A DNA stretch of 64,000 nucleotides from NCBI GenBank assembly GCA_013288685.1, contig JABDBM010000006.1, forward strand, positions 5,712 to 69,711, given 5' to 3'. The notes under the pieces were generated by a model that searched no databases, had not been told where the DNA came from, and saw only the letters and a program-made list of their open reading frames with translations. The position numbers and the translations under genes were made by a program. This document shows, piece after piece, positions 1 to 8,818 of the stretch. This stretch comes from Bacteroidota bacterium. GTDB taxonomy: Bacteria; Bacteroidota; Bacteroidia; Sphingobacteriales; Sphingobacteriaceae. Every line of letters starts with the position of its first letter. Positions within the stretch are counted from its first letter, which is position 1.

Positions 1-1
1 A

Positions 2-484
2 GGCGAATTCAATTTCATGAAATATATCCCTGATGTAAGTAAAAGTATATTTACACCTTATATATATTTAGGCGTTGGCGCGCTTAATTACTACCCCAGT
101 ACTGTTTACAACGGGCAAAAATATGGAGTAAGAGGTTATGAAACCGAAGGTGAAAGTAAACCCTATCCGGTTACGGCGTTAACTATCCCTTATGGTGTGG
201 GGGTTAAATATAATGTTTTAGGCAAATGGACAATAGCTGCCGATATAGGCTACCGCTACACCAATACCGATTATTTGGATGATGTAAGCGGTAATTATCC
301 CAATAAGAATGCAAACTCGCCAATTTCAGCCGCTCTGTCCGACAGATCAGGCGAAAAGACGGGAGTTTATATTGGCGCACCCGGTTCGCAACGCGGTGAT
401 GGAAATCCGCACGACACCTACTTTTTTGCGCAGGTAAGCCTCTCGTTTACTTTTGTTACGCAGAAATGCTATTTTGAGCGGTAG
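2..484 (+). CDS. Outer-membrane beta-barrel protein (DUF6089-like), 5'-truncated by the window
   Basis: The frame is open from base 2 (GEFNFM...). IPYGVGVKY and GYRYTNTDYLDDVSG motifs are typical of Bacteroidota DUF6089/PorT-like barrels. Confidence 0.7.
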   Translation, partial: GEFNFMKYIPDVSKSIFTPYIYLGVGALNYYPSTVYNGQKYGVRGYETEGESKPYPVTALTIPYGVGVKYNVLGKWTIAADIGYRYTNTDYLDDVSGNYPNKNANSPISAALSDRSGEKTGVYIGAPGSQRGDGNPHDTYFFAQVSLSFTFVTQKCYFER

Positions 485-567
485 GTGAGGAAGAGATTAG
501 ACGTTGAAGATCAGTGATTAGCGTTTACTTTCCCTGCTAACCTCTAATCTCCACCTCTAACCTCCAA
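485..567. repeat. Inverted degenerate short-tandem array (gagattag / ctaacctct units) between convergent genes
   Basis: aagagattagacg...gtgattag followed by ctaacctctaatctccacctctaacctccaatc. The same unit occurs at 23587-23660. Confidence 0.55.
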
Positions 568-2133
568 TCACTTAACAATCACCTTAAACTCCGTCCTTCT
601 GTTTTGTTCATGCTGTGCTTCGGTGCATTTTACGCCTGGCTTGCAGCCGTTAACCAATTTGGTGGCTCCAAACCCTTTTGGGATAAGCCTGGTTTTGCTG
701 ATGCCTTGCTTTTGAAGATAGGCAACCACCGCCTGCGCTCTTGCCTGGCTCAATAATAAATTTCTTTTAGCGGTTCCCCGGCTGTCGGTATGCGAATCTA
801 TTTCAATTTTTAAACCCGGATTATCAATTAAAAACTTTGCCAGTTTTTCTAAATCGGATGATGCGCTGTTGCGGATTTTTGAGCTGCCTAAATCGTAATA
901 AATGTTGGATAGTTTAATGGTTTTATCAGGCAGCGCCTCTTCAATACCTAATTGTAATTTTACATACAGCGTTGTGCTGCGGTTTAGTCCTTTGGTAGTT
1001 ACCTTTTCAATATTCGAAATAAAGCCACCCTTTTTGCCGGATATGGTAAAATCGCTGTTAGGTTCCAATTGGAAATTGAATGAGCCATCACCAGGCTGGT
1101 TATAGGTGTCAATACTGCTGCTTTGGGTTAGGTTAATCAAACTCACCGTTACCTTTATTTCTGGCTGGTTGGTAGTTTTATTGATGACGACGCCGGCCAG
1201 GGTGAATCGGGGGTCGTTATGTGTAATATTAATGTTGATTGCCTTATCGGCTGTATCAAAACTGTTTTTTGCGATGGATTGGCTTGTAGTAGCAATGCCG
1301 TGCAATGTGCCGCTTATAATATAATCAGCAGCTTTTATGTCACTAAAAACTACATGCCCATTGGTATCCGTTTTTGCAGTTAATTTACCATTCGGACCAT
1401 TCAATGATACCTCGACGGATGGTAGAGGTAGTCCGGTTAACTCGTCTGTTACTGATATGATGATATTTTTAACCGGTATTTTTGCGATTACCGGCGTATC
1501 TGCCTTTATCACCGTAACCGGGATCACTGGCGGCGGTACCGGCTTTGGTTTCTTTTTGCCAAAACTGGCGCCAATGCCAATGCTGTATTCTAAGTGATGT
1601 GCTAAATCCGAGGTTAGCTCCCGCTTATACAGCATATCAGTAAACACAAAGGCATCATGAAAGATATTAAATTGCAAACCCACTCCCATAGGGATATAAA
1701 AGCCTGTTTGGCTTTTGTAAAGCGAAAACCCGGCGCCGGTTGAAAGGTAAGGGACAACAGTGTACTGATCGCTTAGCAGTTTAATATTGACCCCGGCATT
1801 AACATCCAGCAAAAATTTATTACTGCCGTTATAGAGTCCGTTTTTGTAGAGATAATCGGTAGAGCTACCATCCATCGAGGCTATAAAATCAATATGTTTG
1901 GTAATACCTTTCAAGTAATTGGCGCCGAAGCCCATCTGCATATCGCCGATATTGGTCCAAAGATTGTTGCGCAACACACTGCCTAACCCCATGGTGTGAA
2001 TTTGCCGCGCAGTTTTAAAATCATCATAAAACACATGGAAAACCAGGGTTGATGGTTTTACATCCGGGTTGACCTGGGCCAATAGCCGCAAAAATGGGCA
2101 AACCAGTAAAAATATGCAGATAATGCGTTTCAT
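568..2133 (-). CDS. OmpA-family protein (N-terminal barrel, Pro-rich linker, carboxypeptidase-regulatory-like domains, C-terminal peptidoglycan-binding OmpA domain)
   Basis: Signal peptide; KPKPVPPPVIP linker; NIYYDLGS, SHTDSRG, LSQARAQAV and HEQNRRTEF OmpA_C motifs; CxxxxxC loop as in PorE-like proteins. Confidence 0.9.
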   Translation of the reverse strand: MKRIICIFLLVCPFLRLLAQVNPDVKPSTLVFHVFYDDFKTARQIHTMGLGSVLRNNLWTNIGDMQMGFGANYLKGITKHIDFIASMDGSSTDYLYKNGLYNGSNKFLLDVNAGVNIKLLSDQYTVVPYLSTGAGFSLYKSQTGFYIPMGVGLQFNIFHDAFVFTDMLYKRELTSDLAHHLEYSIGIGASFGKKKPKPVPPPVIPVTVIKADTPVIAKIPVKNIIISVTDELTGLPLPSVEVSLNGPNGKLTAKTDTNGHVVFSDIKAADYIISGTLHGIATTSQSIAKNSFDTADKAININITHNDPRFTLAGVVINKTTNQPEIKVTVSLINLTQSSSIDTYNQPGDGSFNFQLEPNSDFTISGKKGGFISNIEKVTTKGLNRSTTLYVKLQLGIEEALPDKTIKLSNIYYDLGSSKIRNSASSDLEKLAKFLIDNPGLKIEIDSHTDSRGTAKRNLLLSQARAQAVVAYLQKQGISKTRLIPKGFGATKLVNGCKPGVKCTEAQHEQNRRTEFKVIVK

Positions 2134-2216
2134 CGTTTTTCTACTATGTATTTATCAATCAATAATGTATTGAAAGCATGTACGTTATGGTAGCCGCCTT
2201 CTACCTGCAAGCTTTA

Positions 2217-2388
2217 ATGCCCCAGCGGGGTTACCTCTTTATAGAAAATCAGCTAACAAGGTTACAGCTCCGTAGGTGCCGCCCTCATCTTTCAAGGCTA
2301 ATTGGCAATGCTGCACAAGGGTAGCCCCATACGGGGCACAAAAATGCTTCGTTTTTATTTCTACAAATAGGTAGCCCCGCTGGGGCAT
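2217..2388. repeat. REP-like element with imperfect terminal inverted repeats
   Basis: atgccccagcggggttacctctttatagaaa ... tttctacaaataggtagccccgctggggcat, with internal units gctccgtaggtgc and gtagccccatacggggc. Confidence 0.7.
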
Positions 2389-2413
2389 CGAAAATTTGTT
2401 CATCTTTTTTAAC

Positions 2414-3298
2414 TTAATCTTTCTTTTTTACGGCATTATTTATCGTTCCCATTTGGTTCACAATATTGAATATGGCCGGTTCACTTCTTCCCTGCACATT
2501 CATATCATTGGTGGGTATGGGTTGTCCGTCAATATCAAGCGTCTGCACCGTCCATATAAACTGCTTGTTGGCGGTTGAATCAAGCATGGGCAGGTTGGTG
2601 CGCCAAATATATTGTGTGCTGCCCTGCGGCGCCTGTTCATCAAGCAGCGGACGGTTACCCCGAAAGGCCTGCATAGGTTGCTGACCGGGCATAATTTCGA
2701 ATACCTGCACCCGGTAAACAGGTCGTTCCTGCGTGCTGGGTACCAGGCTTGTCCATCGGAAGGTGATTACGCTTTGCGCGACGTGGGCATCCAGTTCGGC
2801 TCCGTTGGCCGGCTGCATTAAAACCGGCAACTGATAGGCCGTCATAAAAAACGGACGGGTTTGTTTTGCCCTCACCACATCGCCGGTGTTGTTAGTCAGC
2901 TCGACCATTAATTGATACTGTCCCGATGCCAGGCGGCCGCTCCTTTGCATTTGGTTTTTTATACTACCGGATAGGTTTAAATTTTGTAATTGCAAGGCAT
3001 CGGCCATCGTAAACTGATTTACGCCCGGGCGTAACACATAAGGCCGTGCTGCATTGATGTTCGACAGACCTATCACATTCCCGCTTTCGTTTAATAGCGT
3101 TGTCCGTATTTTAATATTGGGGTCGCCGCCTGCGGCGCCGGTGGTATAAGTAATAATCATTATACCATTAACAGGATTTCCCCATTCGGACAACCAGGGT
3201 TGCGGCCTGCTGTTTAAAGCCAGGTTAAGGTTTATCTGCGCCTGGGCAGCAGTGGCTGCAATGAGTAGCAGGGTGATTATTAAATAGTATCTTTTCAT
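2414..3298 (-). CDS. Secreted hypothetical protein with an Ig-like N-domain and an Fn3-like C-domain, paralogous to part of 8819..10501
   Basis: Signal peptide. LPVLMQPANG..TFRWT..YRVQVFEI..GQ...QA...N.P.L..FIWTVQ aligns by eye with QPPQLILPADG..TFRWT..YRLRVWQL..GQ...QA...N.PIL..FVWNVQ. Confidence 0.75.
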   Translation of the reverse strand: MKRYYLIITLLLIAATAAQAQINLNLALNSRPQPWLSEWGNPVNGIMIITYTTGAAGGDPNIKIRTTLLNESGNVIGLSNINAARPYVLRPGVNQFTMADALQLQNLNLSGSIKNQMQRSGRLASGQYQLMVELTNNTGDVVRAKQTRPFFMTAYQLPVLMQPANGAELDAHVAQSVITFRWTSLVPSTQERPVYRVQVFEIMPGQQPMQAFRGNRPLLDEQAPQGSTQYIWRTNLPMLDSTANKQFIWTVQTLDIDGQPIPTNDMNVQGRSEPAIFNIVNQMGTINNAVKKKD

Positions 3299-3351
3299 CG
3301 TTGATTCTTCTATATCATTAAGTTCTTTTTACTGAAACGTCAACTGCAGTT

Positions 3352-3403
3352 TCTTTCGGACTTCCGGTCCCGACACCTATCGGGATTACTGACTTTCGGA
3401 CTA
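3352..3403. repeat. Intergenic ctttcggact/tactgact short-repeat cluster with a small hairpin (tcccga-cacc-ta-tcggga)
   Basis: The same unit family occurs at 30147-30266 and 43751-43780. Confidence 0.55.
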
Positions 3404-3405
3404 TT

Positions 3406-5148
3406 CTAAAACCTATATTGTAAACCTGTACGCATTGTACTCTCAAAATATTGCGGGTTACCTATGTAAACCGGGAATAATGAACTACCCGGCAAATCGC
3501 TGCCATAGTGGTACAAGTTCCCCGTAAGGGCAAATTGCCAGCTTAGCTTTTGGTAAATCTTCCAATCGAAACTCAATGTTCCCAATAAATTTTTATCTGC
3601 CGTAAATGGAGAAGTAGTGCTCAGGTTGTATTGCAGCTGCCCTTTCAGGCTAAACTTTTTACTGGCCTTCCAGCTTACGCCAGCGGTTGCATTTAGCAGG
3701 TTGAGCGTGGTAAGGGTGGTGATATCCTTAAACCACATCACGCTTAAATCGGGGCTCCATTTGCTGGTAAACCAGGTGGGTACATACATTAGCAACGCCG
3801 TTTGGGTATTGTTACTGGTGGTGCCGCTGGTGGTAGTTTCGTTGTATTTGCTCCAGGTATAAGTGCCGCTAATCAGCTGGCTCATTTTGGTGTTGCTCCA
3901 GGTATAAACCGGATTTATGCTCAGCTCGTTGCTTACGCTTTTATAGCCCAGAATGCCCGGTGAATTAAAACCGAAATTGTTAAAATTCATATTCAGGCTA
4001 AACCGTTCGGTAAATTGCGTAAATGCGTTTATATTGGCGATAAGCTGACTGGTAGTATTCGGCCCGGCTGTATGACTCAAATTGCCGTAGCGTTCGCCAA
4101 TGCTGGCCACTACGTTAATCTTCTTTTTCCATGCGTTAAAACGGGTATTGCCGAGGTATTCAATGCGGTCGTTGTTCATAAACGGATAGCCTGCGGTATA
4201 ATAACCCGCGCCATGATAGTTCATTTTAGCGCCGAGTTCCCAGTCTTTGCCTTTTTTATCAATGCCCAGCATTACCGCGTTATCCTTATCGGTTGAGGTA
4301 TGCGAGGTGAGGAACGGTTTTAAATCTTCCACCGGTGAAACGGATAGCGGAGTAGTTAAATCCCTTGTGTGGAAGCTTTGCCCTAACTCGATATGATAGT
4401 TCCAGCCAGTGCTTGTAGTGGCGGTGGCTAAAAAGCTTATTACCATGTTTTCCTGTGGCAAAATAGGAGGGAGGGGGGGCGAACTAACCGAATTTTGCAC
4501 ATCGCCCGAGTGTACAAAGTTAAAACCTACAAAATATTTACCCTCTTTTTCCATACCCAACTGGCCCATCCATTGGTTACGCTGGTAGGCCCCAACAATG
4601 CCGGGATTTGGCAACACCGGTGCTACATAATTAACAGGACTTTGCGAGGTACCATTAAAAAACTTGATGCGAAACTTACCCGGCGACAAATTAACCCCAT
4701 AGCCAAAAATGCCCAAATCGCCTGTGCTCAAATCACTGTATTTAAGATATTGAGTGCCCAGCAGTATTTCGGTAGTGCCAATTTTTGGCCGGATACCAAA
4801 ACTGTTGGCCGGGTTGGTTAAAAACTGCCAAAAACTTTGTTTGCCGATATTGCCCAGGCCTCCTAAAGACGGCGTGGTGAAATTTGCAGGCGGACTTGTA
4901 AAATTGAAATTAAAAGGAATGCTCCATCCGCCAACGCTGATAATAGGGTCAAACGTATAGCGGAAAAGGTTCCATGGTTTACGAGCCGGATAAAAATTAG
5001 GTATTGAGGTTTCGGGCATTTTATCCAAACCATAATACTCATAAGATACACCCACGTCGCCGCTCACGGTAACTTTTGGGCTTTGCTGCGCCAGCAATGG
5101 CGTTACAAAGCCAAACAATAAAAACAAAAGGCTAACCGGTTTTTTCAT
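3406..5148 (-). CDS. Large outer-membrane beta-barrel protein of unknown family
   Basis: Signal peptide, alternating amphipathic strands rich in aromatic residues, C-terminal TGLQYRF BAM signal. Overlaps the upstream gene by 4 bp (ATGA). Confidence 0.75.
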   Translation of the reverse strand: MKKPVSLLFLLFGFVTPLLAQQSPKVTVSGDVGVSYEYYGLDKMPETSIPNFYPARKPWNLFRYTFDPIISVGGWSIPFNFNFTSPPANFTTPSLGGLGNIGKQSFWQFLTNPANSFGIRPKIGTTEILLGTQYLKYSDLSTGDLGIFGYGVNLSPGKFRIKFFNGTSQSPVNYVAPVLPNPGIVGAYQRNQWMGQLGMEKEGKYFVGFNFVHSGDVQNSVSSPPLPPILPQENMVISFLATATTSTGWNYHIELGQSFHTRDLTTPLSVSPVEDLKPFLTSHTSTDKDNAVMLGIDKKGKDWELGAKMNYHGAGYYTAGYPFMNNDRIEYLGNTRFNAWKKKINVVASIGERYGNLSHTAGPNTTSQLIANINAFTQFTERFSLNMNFNNFGFNSPGILGYKSVSNELSINPVYTWSNTKMSQLISGTYTWSKYNETTTSGTTSNNTQTALLMYVPTWFTSKWSPDLSVMWFKDITTLTTLNLLNATAGVSWKASKKFSLKGQLQYNLSTTSPFTADKNLLGTLSFDWKIYQKLSWQFALTGNLYHYGSDLPGSSLFPVYIGNPQYFESTMRTGLQYRF

Positions 5149-6455
5149 TGCTGTTGTTTTGAAATGGGTATCTGCATACTAAAAACATTGTTCTTTTTGT
5201 TGCTCTCTTTGTACCAATGATGAGGGTCAATTTCAATTTCGAGTGTATATATGCCCTTTTTCAAGCCTTTCGGTAAATTCATATATTGGCCCTCATACAT
5301 CATTCCGTAGGTGTCGTATCCGCCGACGCTTATACCCTGCTGATCGAAATTGCAGGTTGGATAATTACCCAAACCGTAGTTGGGCATCGTTTCACCATAT
5401 TGTTTTCCGTTAATATAACTTAGCTTATCGCTGTTATAAAAAATGCCGGTGGTAAACAGGCAGTAACTTACTTTGCGGCCCCGCGCAACAATTACCCTTT
5501 TACCATTTACTTTTTTTACCAGCCTGAATTCCACCCAATCATCCACATGGTAATGGTTATGCCCCTGTTTATTTTCAAAATACATGGTACCTGCATCATA
5601 TTCCTTAAAGGTTAACGAGTCGTTTTGCTTTGAATAAACCCGTTGTTTTACCCTTAGCCTGCTCATGTTACCATCAGGGCATTGCTGCGGACTGTCAACC
5701 CGTTGCCCGCCGCAAATCCATTCCTTTGTGCCTTTTATTTCCAGCGGACCATATCCAATATTGGCTATAGTGGCTGCCAGGCGTAGCTGCCCCGGATAAA
5801 TCGGATCATTCCATGCATATTCATGGATTTGATTCCGGGTAAACGCCGGCACAATAACCATATCCGGCAGCAACTCACCCGATTTATTTTCGTTGGCACA
5901 CTTACACAGTGCAATATGTGCCAAATCGCAGCGGGTAGTAATAATGGCATGGGCTGGTTTGTTGCCAAATGTTAAACTGATGCTGTCCAGCGCCCCCGTA
6001 ACATCAGCCTTTAAATCTTCAATGTATAATTTCCAGGTACCATTGGGATTTTGACCGCTGTTTAAAAACTCCATCTGTCCATCCGGCCGGTAATTGCCGG
6101 TAAATGGCGCTTTTGCATTGCTTATTAAACCATCTTTCCCAAATTGCGAAAAACTGGTGCTGATATAATTTCGCCCGGTATCTTTTCCGTTGCGGTTGGT
6201 TAGCCATATACTGGCGCCTGCCGGGTTTTCAAGCGTTATTTTCAAATCACTCACCCTGTCGTGATGAATATTAAGCATCACCATTTCCAACCCAAAGGCG
6301 CTATCTGCAACTGTGGGTAGCCCGCTCACTTCGATATTAAATTGTTGCCGGTAGTAATAGCCATAATAATCATAGAGCGGGCCACCTTTTGCTGTAAAGG
6401 TTTGGGCTCGGATACTCATGGCAGATAACATTAGCAACAGAAAGTATTTCAGCAT
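5145..6455 (-). CDS. Secreted proprotein-convertase P-domain + lysyl oxidase (LOX)-like protein
   Basis: P-domain motifs NIHHDRVSDLKITLENP and NPNGTWKLYIED. LOX motifs GHNHYH (Cu site), RKVSYCL (LTQ Lys; human LOX HKASFCL) and QGISVGGYDTY...GQY (LTQ Tyr; human QGLSPGCYDTY...CQW), plus Y.LEIEIDP and ESNKKNN. Confidence 0.85.
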   Translation of the reverse strand: MLKYFLLLMLSAMSIRAQTFTAKGGPLYDYYGYYYRQQFNIEVSGLPTVADSAFGLEMVMLNIHHDRVSDLKITLENPAGASIWLTNRNGKDTGRNYISTSFSQFGKDGLISNAKAPFTGNYRPDGQMEFLNSGQNPNGTWKLYIEDLKADVTGALDSISLTFGNKPAHAIITTRCDLAHIALCKCANENKSGELLPDMVIVPAFTRNQIHEYAWNDPIYPGQLRLAATIANIGYGPLEIKGTKEWICGGQRVDSPQQCPDGNMSRLRVKQRVYSKQNDSLTFKEYDAGTMYFENKQGHNHYHVDDWVEFRLVKKVNGKRVIVARGRKVSYCLFTTGIFYNSDKLSYINGKQYGETMPNYGLGNYPTCNFDQQGISVGGYDTYGMMYEGQYMNLPKGLKKGIYTLEIEIDPHHWYKESNKKNNVFSMQIPISKQQQ

Positions 6456-6468
6456 ACATCAAAACCAA

Positions 6469-8793
6469 TCAATGAAATACTTCGAATTTTTTCGATTCGG
6501 TTTTTTGATTCGAATCATCTTTGCCGCCGCCGCCTGTTGGCACCAATTTGATACTTCCGCATACCATTTGCACGCATTCCCGGCATTGGGTATCCTTAAA
6601 TGTAAACTTGAGGCATACATAAGCACTCACCTGGCAGCAGCTCAATTCGGTAACTGCAGGCAACGAAAGCTTAATGTTAAGCCCAGCTGAATTTGGCGCA
6701 AGTGGCGTACCGGTGCTGTAAACGGCTTCCCTGTAATCGGCCGGGAGGCTGCCGGTAGCCGGGGCGCCCGCTCCGGTTAGCGCCATGACTGTACCATTTA
6801 AGGTTGCACTCAAAATGTTGCCCCAGGTTACCGGCCTGTTGTTACAGTTTAGGCAATTTGGCGAATTGGCAACCAGTTTAAAATCTTCCACACTTACCCG
6901 TACCTCGCTCATGGCCACGTTGTAATTTAGGGTATAATTAAAATTTGCGGTTGAATAAACGTTTGGATTTGGTATATTGATTACCGCGCTGATGCTGGAA
7001 CTTTTTAGGGCGACATCGATAGTTGCTTTGCAGCAGCTTGGTGGTTCGCAAATAATAGTAACAGGGATGGTTTGCGAATCGCAAAACTTATCGCCACCGC
7101 CGCATTTTACCTTAATGGTAAGTGTATAGGTACCACATGACAGATTGTTAAATTTCGACAAATCAATTTGTTGGGTAGTATCCTGGCCAAGCACCGCATT
7201 GGTGGCATTTACCATAGTCCACGCATAGCTGGGCGAGCAATTTTTTCCACCGCATTTATAGTTTGCATTAATAAGGCCCGAAACATTACCCTGCACAAAT
7301 TGAATTGGATAATCCTGTAATACATGGTATTCAGTAGCCGTGCCATTAGTGGGTATTATTAATGATTTATTTTGCGATGTTCCCGGATTTATGGGCGGGG
7401 GAAATGGATGCATAATAACAGGCACGCCTGGAATCGGGTTGCCGTTCAACGTTGGGTTTGATTGCCAGCTGCCGCACGTACAACCACTGCAATCAACAGC
7501 GGCTTTTACCACCTCAACATCTCCCAAATATGTTTTGTCGTAATGCCCTGCTGCAATATCTTCATCCTCATCAACTAAAATGGAGGTTGCTTCAGTGCCG
7601 CCATTGCTGCTCATTCCCTGTATGCCATAAACCAGTTGTGATGGGCTGGTTAGCACGTTATAATCCGAAGTAAACCATACGGTGGTATCGCACGCTACAT
7701 TATTTGAGCCTTTTTGCAGTATGTTGTTAGAATAACAAACGCCACCTACGCAGTTTTTATAGTTAGTGGCTGCGCTTCCTGCCGGGAAATTGTGTCCCGA
7801 ATAACTCCAGGTGTCGGTTCCGGTGGGATCAGCCAGTTCAATTACGTTTGAGTTGTGTGGGTTAATAACAGCAAAAAGGTTACTGCTGCTACCCGTTTGG
7901 TTGCCCGCCCAGGTTTGCTGCCCTATCAGCATCCTGCTTCCATCGGCAGTAAAATCCATATCCGCTATTACAGGTACATCATGCGTATAGGATGCCCAGG
8001 TTGTTGGCGATAAAGTTAAAGTTGGCGTAGTTATAGTTTGTATAGTACCTGTAAAATCTCCTGTTGAGCTTAAATCAATATAGCATATTTTATTGGTGCC
8101 GTAAGGATAAGCCTGTTCAATCTCGGCGAAATATAACCGGTACGCGCCGCCTGACATTTTACGCAAAGCTAAACCGTACGGAAAATGGTTGCCGGCTGCA
8201 TTGATCATAACCGAGCTGGCAATGACCCATGGCGAAGGCGCGCCGAGGGTACCGGTTAGCCTGTAAATTCTGCCGTTCTGAAAGTCGGACACGTAAATAT
8301 AATCCTTACCGCCAATTTTGCAATATTTCAAATTGCCTAACGACCGGGCTGCATCGCCAAAATCATAAACCAACGATTTAGCGCCTGATGTCCCCGAAAG
8401 GCAGTAAACTTTACGGGCATAAGAAACGCCGGCGTTGTATATTTGTGTAGAGGATACATAAATGTTCGGATTAGGCTGCCTATCGAGCGTTATACCGAAT
8501 ATAGTGCCTAAATCAGTTTGTGTCCATTGTCCGGCAGAATAGTTACCCGGTTTTAATCCTGCAGGAGTCATTCCACTTGTATTCCAGCTGTGGCCCCAGG
8601 GGGCGCTCGTTGTATTGCTTGTTTTTATAACCCTCAAAACAATGCCCGAGTTAGCGCCCGTCCAGTAATTTACTGCCGGGCTGTGGGTTACTACCGCATC
8701 GCCCTGCACCAAAGGCAGCTGCGCTTTTGCACTGTTTGCCAGCAACATCACCATGGTAAATATTAAACCTATATTATAAAATAGCTTTTTCAT
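6469..8793 (-). CDS. Secreted Cys-rich protein: probable N-terminal beta-propeller, Ig-like middle and conserved 8-Cys C-terminal domain
   Basis: Signal peptide; propeller-like strands (FGITLD..IYVSS, YIYVSD, YGLAL..LYFA, DMDFTADG); C-terminal CLNC..WGN..CC......CLKFTFKDTQCREC....C. Confidence 0.75.
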   Translation of the reverse strand: MKKLFYNIGLIFTMVMLLANSAKAQLPLVQGDAVVTHSPAVNYWTGANSGIVLRVIKTSNTTSAPWGHSWNTSGMTPAGLKPGNYSAGQWTQTDLGTIFGITLDRQPNPNIYVSSTQIYNAGVSYARKVYCLSGTSGAKSLVYDFGDAARSLGNLKYCKIGGKDYIYVSDFQNGRIYRLTGTLGAPSPWVIASSVMINAAGNHFPYGLALRKMSGGAYRLYFAEIEQAYPYGTNKICYIDLSSTGDFTGTIQTITTPTLTLSPTTWASYTHDVPVIADMDFTADGSRMLIGQQTWAGNQTGSSSNLFAVINPHNSNVIELADPTGTDTWSYSGHNFPAGSAATNYKNCVGGVCYSNNILQKGSNNVACDTTVWFTSDYNVLTSPSQLVYGIQGMSSNGGTEATSILVDEDEDIAAGHYDKTYLGDVEVVKAAVDCSGCTCGSWQSNPTLNGNPIPGVPVIMHPFPPPINPGTSQNKSLIIPTNGTATEYHVLQDYPIQFVQGNVSGLINANYKCGGKNCSPSYAWTMVNATNAVLGQDTTQQIDLSKFNNLSCGTYTLTIKVKCGGGDKFCDSQTIPVTIICEPPSCCKATIDVALKSSSISAVINIPNPNVYSTANFNYTLNYNVAMSEVRVSVEDFKLVANSPNCLNCNNRPVTWGNILSATLNGTVMALTGAGAPATGSLPADYREAVYSTGTPLAPNSAGLNIKLSLPAVTELSCCQVSAYVCLKFTFKDTQCRECVQMVCGSIKLVPTGGGGKDDSNQKTESKKFEVFH

Positions 8794-8818
8794 TGTAAGT
8801 ATTTTTTGGTGAGTTGAT

